A DNA stretch of 40,809 nucleotides from Octopus bimaculoides. Taxonomy: Eukaryota. Below are positions 35,059 through 40,809 of the stretch, piece after piece. The stretch is from assembly GCF_001194135.2 (NCBI RefSeq), contig NC_068983.1:125797838-125838646 (forward strand), written 5' to 3'. The position numbers were made by a program, and so were the translations under genes. Every line of letters starts with the position of its first letter. Position 1 is the first letter of the stretch. The notes below the pieces were generated by a model that did no database searches, was not told where the DNA came from, and saw only the letters and a program-made list of their open reading frames with translations.

Positions 35059-35771
35059 ACGCATACACACACAAATTTGGTTATGAGAGACGGAAGGTGG
35101 AAGATAGGAGAATTTTTATTGATCACTACAATTGTTTCGACCTATCTAACATCGAACTATCATGGGTAAGATACTTAACAACTGGTTTAGGAGCATCCGA
35201 CGATGCAGATATGTCTCTTCGGTTGATAAATAGATATTACACGTTAGAATAACAGTTCGGCAATGTGTCTTCTCATATTATGTAAAGAAAAGCAGCAAAT
35301 TAAAGGATGTAGCTTTATGTATACAGAAGGTCATTTATAAAATAACAACAGATGCCAAAAATGTTTTGCATATATGTGTAAGTAGCACTCACTCGCTGTC
35401 CCTTTCTGTTTCTCTCTGTCTCTTACACACAATATCTTTAATATACACGTGCATAAATACATGTACATACATCTTTTTTGGATGTATGTGTGCGTGTGCT
35501 TTTGAGAGGGTGACTCTATTTCTTCATTACATATAGAAAAATGTAAGTCTTTTAATGTAATTTATTTGGTTGTAGCTTATTTCAATACAATATTTATATG
35601 CACATTTTCATAAATGTTTGTCTGAGTAGAAATCTACGCATCCGTGAAACATCGGCGAAAATTAATCGATAGAAGCAAATCAAAATGTTGCCCGAAACTG
35701 ACCTCAAAATTGTGTGACCCGATAGACACAGACACACCCGTACCCACCTACAACCCCCTCAAACAGAGAAA

Positions 35772-35825
<54 letters not shown>

Positions 35826-35840
35826 TAGATAGATATAGAT

Positions 35841-35871
<31 letters not shown>

Positions 35872-35898
35872 TGTGATATTACAAGTTAAAAAGCGACA

Positions 35899-36130
35899 CT
35901 AGTAATGTAAACGGCAACGACCGCAAATACATAATCTCTGTGCTTTGCTAATTCGCACGAATTTGCACGGGAGGGTGATTAAGGAAACTCGTAATATTTC
36001 GCCAGTATTGAGGCTTATGAAGACCACGTACTTGGATCGAACCTTAGACGAAGTAAATACCCGGTCTATGCATATAAAGATATAATGTCAAAATTTTGGT
36101 TCAATCCGAGGCGAGTGGTCTTGCCTGTTC
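35899..36130 (-). mobile_element. possible Helitron-like fragment with a 3' CTAG end
   Basis: CTAG at 35899..35902, a weak CGG-CAACGA-CCG hairpin about 10 nt away, and the core AAAATTTTGGTTCAATCCGAGGCGAGTGGT in the same polarity as the element at 60..375. Confidence 0.3.
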
Positions 36131-36622
36131 TATGATTTGCAGGTATTTGAACACCCACCGCTATTAGAATGTTTCCCTTAGCGATATCCCGCAGAAAAAC
36201 CGGTGATTAGACAAAACACTGTGCATGTGCGATTAATGATATCAACATTACTAGCGCTACTCTATTCTATAATTTAATTTACTTACTCATGTGCATTGCC
36301 ATAGCGCATCCCGAAATAGAATTTGAACTCTTCCTAAGTATTCATAAACTAAACTATCAGTGTGTCTTCTGTTCAATCCAAGTATATGATATTGATAAGA
36401 CCCAGTGAAATATCAGTACCCAGCGCCCTTGTTTCGATGAAAGTCGAGTTGTTTCGCTTGGTCTATGACTTTCAAGCCTTTTAACACCCAACACTATTAT
36501 AGAGTTTCCCTTACCGTTATCCCGCCGAAAATTGGGTGAATTAACAAAATACATATATTATATATGTGCGATCGATAATATTAACATTACTAGTGCTGCT
36601 TTTAATTCTTAATTTAACACTT

Positions 36623-36665
<43 letters not shown>

Positions 36666-36810
36666 CTTGCGTGGATGTGTGTGTTTGTGTGTTGCTTTCG
36701 TTTTTCTATCGCTTGCAATTTTTACAAATTGATCTGTGTTCTCAGCATCTTACATTTTTCTTTTTGTATTATCTACAGTTTATGATTTTATGTGAAATAT
36801 GACCGACCAA

Positions 36811-36831
36811 TACTTTTTTTTTCTTTTTCAG
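36811..36831 (+). promoter_or_regulatory. candidate 3' splice acceptor for the GPCR coding exon (intron in the 5' UTR)
   Basis: TACTTTTTTTTTCTTTTTCAG|G: long polypyrimidine tract with AG at 36830-36831, 230 nt upstream of the ATG. Confidence 0.55.
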
Positions 36832-37061
36832 GAATCACAGGACCTATTGTAATCCAGCTATATAAGAACACCAAAATATTAAGTTAATATACAAACACAC
36901 ACAGAAACACACACACTCACACACACAGACACACACACACATATGCATATATATATACCACCATATGCACATATACACACATATATATGACTATATATGT
37001 GTGTATATGTATATATGTGTACATACAGAAATCATAGATATATATACATGAAATATTAAAA

Positions 37062-38180
37062 ATGGCAAGTAATCGCATTCTACCAAACTGTACACAAATC
37101 GCAATGCAGAATGCTACTGCAACAGAGGAAGCCGAAGAGAGAGAATACAGTGAATTTTATACGCAATCGCAATTTATTACTGGTCTTATACTTTATCCTA
37201 TATTTTGCATTCCAGGAATAATTGGCAATGCACTAACAATAATTGTATTGACACAAAAGACGATGCGAACCTCGACAAATGCATTCCTAAGTGCGTTGGC
37301 AATTTCAGACATGATTAAATTGATGAATGATTTAATGTACTTTATAGTTCTTCTTATTTCACGATCCTATCCGACAATAGGCAAAACAGCATTTGGCTAT
37401 ATTTATCCGTACGCTCATTTTATATTCAACCTTGCAGCCTGTGTTTCGTCATGGCTGATCGTATCAGTTGCAGCTGAAAGATATCTAATGGTATGTCATG
37501 CGGCACAAGCTAAAACCTTATGTACCCGAAGGATCGCAATTATTGTCAGTGCTGTTATTTACACATGCATGACTATTCTTGCCATACCGTCAGCTATAAG
37601 ATATAAAACTGTATCCTGCTTTGATTATAATCAAAACAAAACGGTTTATGACATACACGTAACTGAATTATGGATGAACGAGAATTTCGAGACAGCTTAC
37701 AATTGGATACAAAATTTACTAAGATCTGTAATTCCCTTTTTGGTGCTAATCATACTTAATACTTATATAATTAACGCTCTTCGAAAAACGCGAGCCAATC
37801 GAAGATTTTCAGCAAGAAACAGAATCACGTTCATGTTAATTATGGTTATTGTTGTTTTTGTAGTTTGTATCACACCGGACGCTATCATGTCAGCATGCTT
37901 CGGCTTAGGTTATTATGACGAAAATCTACTCGTCAAAGGTATTCGAGAATTCACAGATACACTTTTAGCTGTGAATGCTGCATTAAATTTTGTACTCTAC
38001 TGTTTGTTTAACAAAGTGTTTCGTGAGCATTTCCGAACGATATTTTGTCATCGTTTAGGTGGTCGACGTATTACAATGGAACCTGATGAAAGTGAATATA
38101 GGCGGTTATCAGATCAAAAAAATAACCTGTCTATAGCAACAAAGCTAACAATTCAAAAAACAGCTACGACACACGTTTGA
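37062..38180 (+). CDS. intronless class A (rhodopsin-like) GPCR, FMRFamide-receptor-like peptide receptor group, 372 aa
   Basis: Seven hydrophobic segments: TM1 GIIGN, TM2 LAISD, TM3 ERY, TM5 IPF..LN, TM6 CITP, TM7 NAALNFVLY, helix 8 NKVFR. N-glycosylation sequons NCT (N9), NAT (N17) and NKT in ECL2. Uninterrupted ORF in otherwise repeat-rich DNA. Confidence 0.93.
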   Translation: MASNRILPNCTQIAMQNATATEEAEEREYSEFYTQSQFITGLILYPIFCIPGIIGNALTIIVLTQKTMRTSTNAFLSALAISDMIKLMNDLMYFIVLLISRSYPTIGKTAFGYIYPYAHFIFNLAACVSSWLIVSVAAERYLMVCHAAQAKTLCTRRIAIIVSAVIYTCMTILAIPSAIRYKTVSCFDYNQNKTVYDIHVTELWMNENFETAYNWIQNLLRSVIPFLVLIILNTYIINALRKTRANRRFSARNRITFMLIMVIVVFVVCITPDAIMSACFGLGYYDENLLVKGIREFTDTLLAVNAALNFVLYCLFNKVFREHFRTIFCHRLGGRRITMEPDESEYRRLSDQKNNLSIATKLTIQKTATTHV

Positions 38181-38445
38181 AAACATATCTGACTGGTTGT
38201 GAGCATAAAGATTTTTGACAATGTGTACGGAAATATCAAAAATGTGTAAATGTGTATAAATATCTTGGTGACACAATTCCTAAAACACTGTACATTTAAC
38301 TCCCATTTTAATTTCATCATTTTAACTCACATTTAAGAGAAAAAAAATGTTTACTGAAGCTAAGTTAAGTATGGATAAAACTATTTGTACCACTTGGGTT
38401 TAAAAACGTTATTAGAACACATTTTTTTTCAGAAAGACGACTTCG

Positions 38446-38451
38446 AATAAA
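38446..38451 (+). terminator. possible polyadenylation signal for the GPCR
   Basis: AATAAA about 265 nt after the stop codon; common by chance in AT-rich DNA. Confidence 0.2.
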
Positions 38452-40063
38452 GGCACATGGTACTTCAGGATTGGTTCCATAGACAAAATCGACATAAATA
38501 TATGCATAAACGCACATATATGATATATAAACATCACTTATATTACATTGATATATATNNNNNNNNNNNNNNNNNNNNNNNNNNNNNNNNNNNNNNNNNN
38601 NNNNNNNNNNNNNNNNNNNNNNNNNNNNNNNNNNNNNNNNNNNNNNNNNNNNNNNNNNNNNNNNNNNNNNNNNNNNNNNNNNNNNNNNNNNNNNNNNNNN
38701 NNNNNNNNNNNNNNNNNNNNNNNNNNNNNNNNNNNNNNNNNNNNNNNNNNNNNNNNNNNNNNNNNNNNNNNNNNNNNNNNNNNNNNNNNNNNNNNNNNNN
38801 NNNNNNNNNNNNNNNNNNNNNNNNNNNNNNNNNNNNNNNNNNNNNNNNNNNNNNNNNNNNNATACATATATACATATATATATATGTACGTATTTATGTA
38901 TGTATGTGTGTAACGCGCGCGCGTGCGTGTACATGAGTTTGTGTATGTAGAGAAATAAACATTATTGCTTCGAAACATGTCATAATAGCAAATGAGTAGT
39001 CTTACATAGGAAGTGGTCAAATCCCTTCCGTGATAACTATTGAAGATACATATCAATTTTAATCTCCCATAACATGTCTAAATTTTAAAATCTTCTTCAA
39101 GATTTTGTGTTCACTTAACATTTGAATGAATTTTCTTTTTATTCCGAGACAATCAGGTACAAGTAGGCATTTAAAATTTCACAATACTATTTGTCACATG
39201 TTAAACTATTTTACTAACTTAACTAGAATTCTTTAAAAAACATTTATATATTGCGTAACTCAATCAGATTTCTGAACATTGGCAGAAGGTTTTTTTTGTA
39301 TCCAATGTAGAGGAGGTTGAACGATAGGCCTCTTTGTCCTATATATTACCCAGTTTGAGAGAAATATGCGTAATTCATTCACGGAAATTAACTGTTACCT
39401 GGTATGTTGAGCTTGCATATCACAATATTTGTTGCTCAAACAAACGTACCCAATTTTATAATGAGGTCAATATCATTCAGCAAGTTATAGAGCAAACCAA
39501 CATTTCTTATAGAATTCTATTTATTTATGTAAAATTTGGGTTGTCTAACTGACAACTTAGTATGTACTTATATACAATGTAAAACCTAATTTTATAAATT
39601 CGCAGAAACTTCTCGCACTTTAGGAATGAATTGATATTCTTCCATTGAAAATCAAGCTTGCAAGTACCTACATGCAAAGCGGCATTGTTAGGAATAGCAT
39701 TTAACCAACGGTTGTGTATCGGAATTTTTTTTCATGTGAGAAACAACTGCGAAATCTAGTTCAAATTATTTTCTGCCATTTTAAATACAAAGAAACGATA
39801 CAACACATAGTGTAGCATCGAATCATTATGGCCGAAAAACGGGATTCTAAGGTTTAAGTCCAAGCAATATACTGCGAGAAAATGATGGCGAACATAAAGT
39901 GTGTTGAGATCACAGATAACATTTCTCTGCATTAATAAACAATATACAATGTACAACTAATTGTGATGAATAAAATGCATCCAAATACAGACGAAATAGC
40001 TTTTACATTAAGAGCTATGAACGACAAAGGGACAAATGTTGCGTTAATATATGTATATGCATG

Positions 40064-40095
<32 letters not shown>

Positions 40096-40291
40096 AAACA
40101 TACATACACACACAAACACATATATATCTATATCTATTTCTCTCTCTCTCTCTCCCTCTATCTCTCCCCCTATCTCTCCCCCCTCTCTCTCTCTCCCTCT
40201 CTCTCTCTCTCTCCCGCGCTCTCTCATTGTTATACATAAATTTCTATACGAATGTGCTTTGCGCGTATGTGCGTCTTTGTGTTTGTCTGCA

Positions 40292-40413
40292 CAGCCGGTT
40301 GACAACCGGTATTGTTGTGTTTATGTCCTCGTAGGTTAGCAAAAGACGACGATAAAATATGAAGCTTACATAGGTCGATTCATTCGACTAAAATTCCATA
40401 AGCATGGCCGCAG
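40292..40413 (+). mobile_element. degenerate 3' part of SINE family B
   Basis: GTTGACAACCGGTATTGTTGTGTTTATGTCCTCGTA...GGTCGATTCATTCGACTAAAA...AGCATGGCCGCAG matches 32812..32940. Confidence 0.55.
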
Positions 40414-40809
40414 ATTTTATGACGGAGATTTTATGATAATAACATGTAGAAAATTTACAAGGCATAACACAATTCCGGATGTCTTCGTGTGCGGAGCAGA
40501 CATATTCAAGCACGGTAACATGGACGCACGCACATATACTCACATACCCACACATACACAAGGCTCAGACACACGCACACACACACGCATGCGCGCACAC
40601 GCATGCACGCACATACACAAACACACACACAAACACGCAAGCACAAACACATACATAGTATTAGGTTGTCTCTCTTTTCAGGAATACTTTCTACACCACG
40701 AGAGCTGTGCAAAAAGTAATCGAGTAGTTTTTCTTCTGTGTGTTCAGACCAGTTCCTCTGTATGTATACTTATCTGCACACACACTCACACACACACACA
40801 CACACACAC

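Larger units (their letters stand above)
4184..38860. other. assembly gaps (N runs) at 4184-4606, 9154-9163, 19906-20123, 21043-21417, 27510-27906, 28695-28704, 30198-30338, 32802-32811 and 38559-38860
   Basis: Read directly; most are flanked by (AT)n or repeats, typical of a short-read assembly. Confidence 0.98.

Noticed and set aside
88-40712. Many ORFs rich in I/Y/C/V/H/T or X (for example 385..570, 8597..9253, 18408..18824, 32262..32591, 34767..35252, 38365..39056, 39932..40334)
   Set aside because: They are translations of (AT)n, (AC)n or tetranucleotide repeats, or run through N-gaps; no protein-like complexity.

Overview
AT-rich eukaryotic genomic DNA full of microsatellites, with nine N-gaps. 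The SINE types, LINE content and microsatellite style point to a cephalopod, most likely Octopus (inference from recalled repeat families, no search run). There is one convincing intact gene: an intronless 372-aa class A GPCR of the FMRFamide-receptor-like group (37062..38180, +). Most other listed ORFs come from microsatellites, gaps or the antisense strand of decayed transposons. The rest of the window is a layered transposon graveyard: a full-length dead mariner with TIRs and a D,D34D triad, an R4/Dong-like LINE fragment, several RTE fragments (one split into two oppositely oriented halves), a Penelope-like RT-thumb/GIY-YIG fragment, Helitron-like pieces and two tRNA-type SINE families. The most notable element, invisible to the ORF track, is a type I hammerhead ribozyme fold on the minus strand (28358..28448). 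It has the CUGAUGA/GAAA core, a GUA cleavage triplet, a near-palindromic mini helix III and an unusually long helix II, and it lies about 90 nt from a 51-bp hairpin. Three otherwise unrelated inverted-repeat elements share an 18-nt motif. No prokaryotic features, CRISPR arrays, rRNA genes or true tRNA genes were seen.
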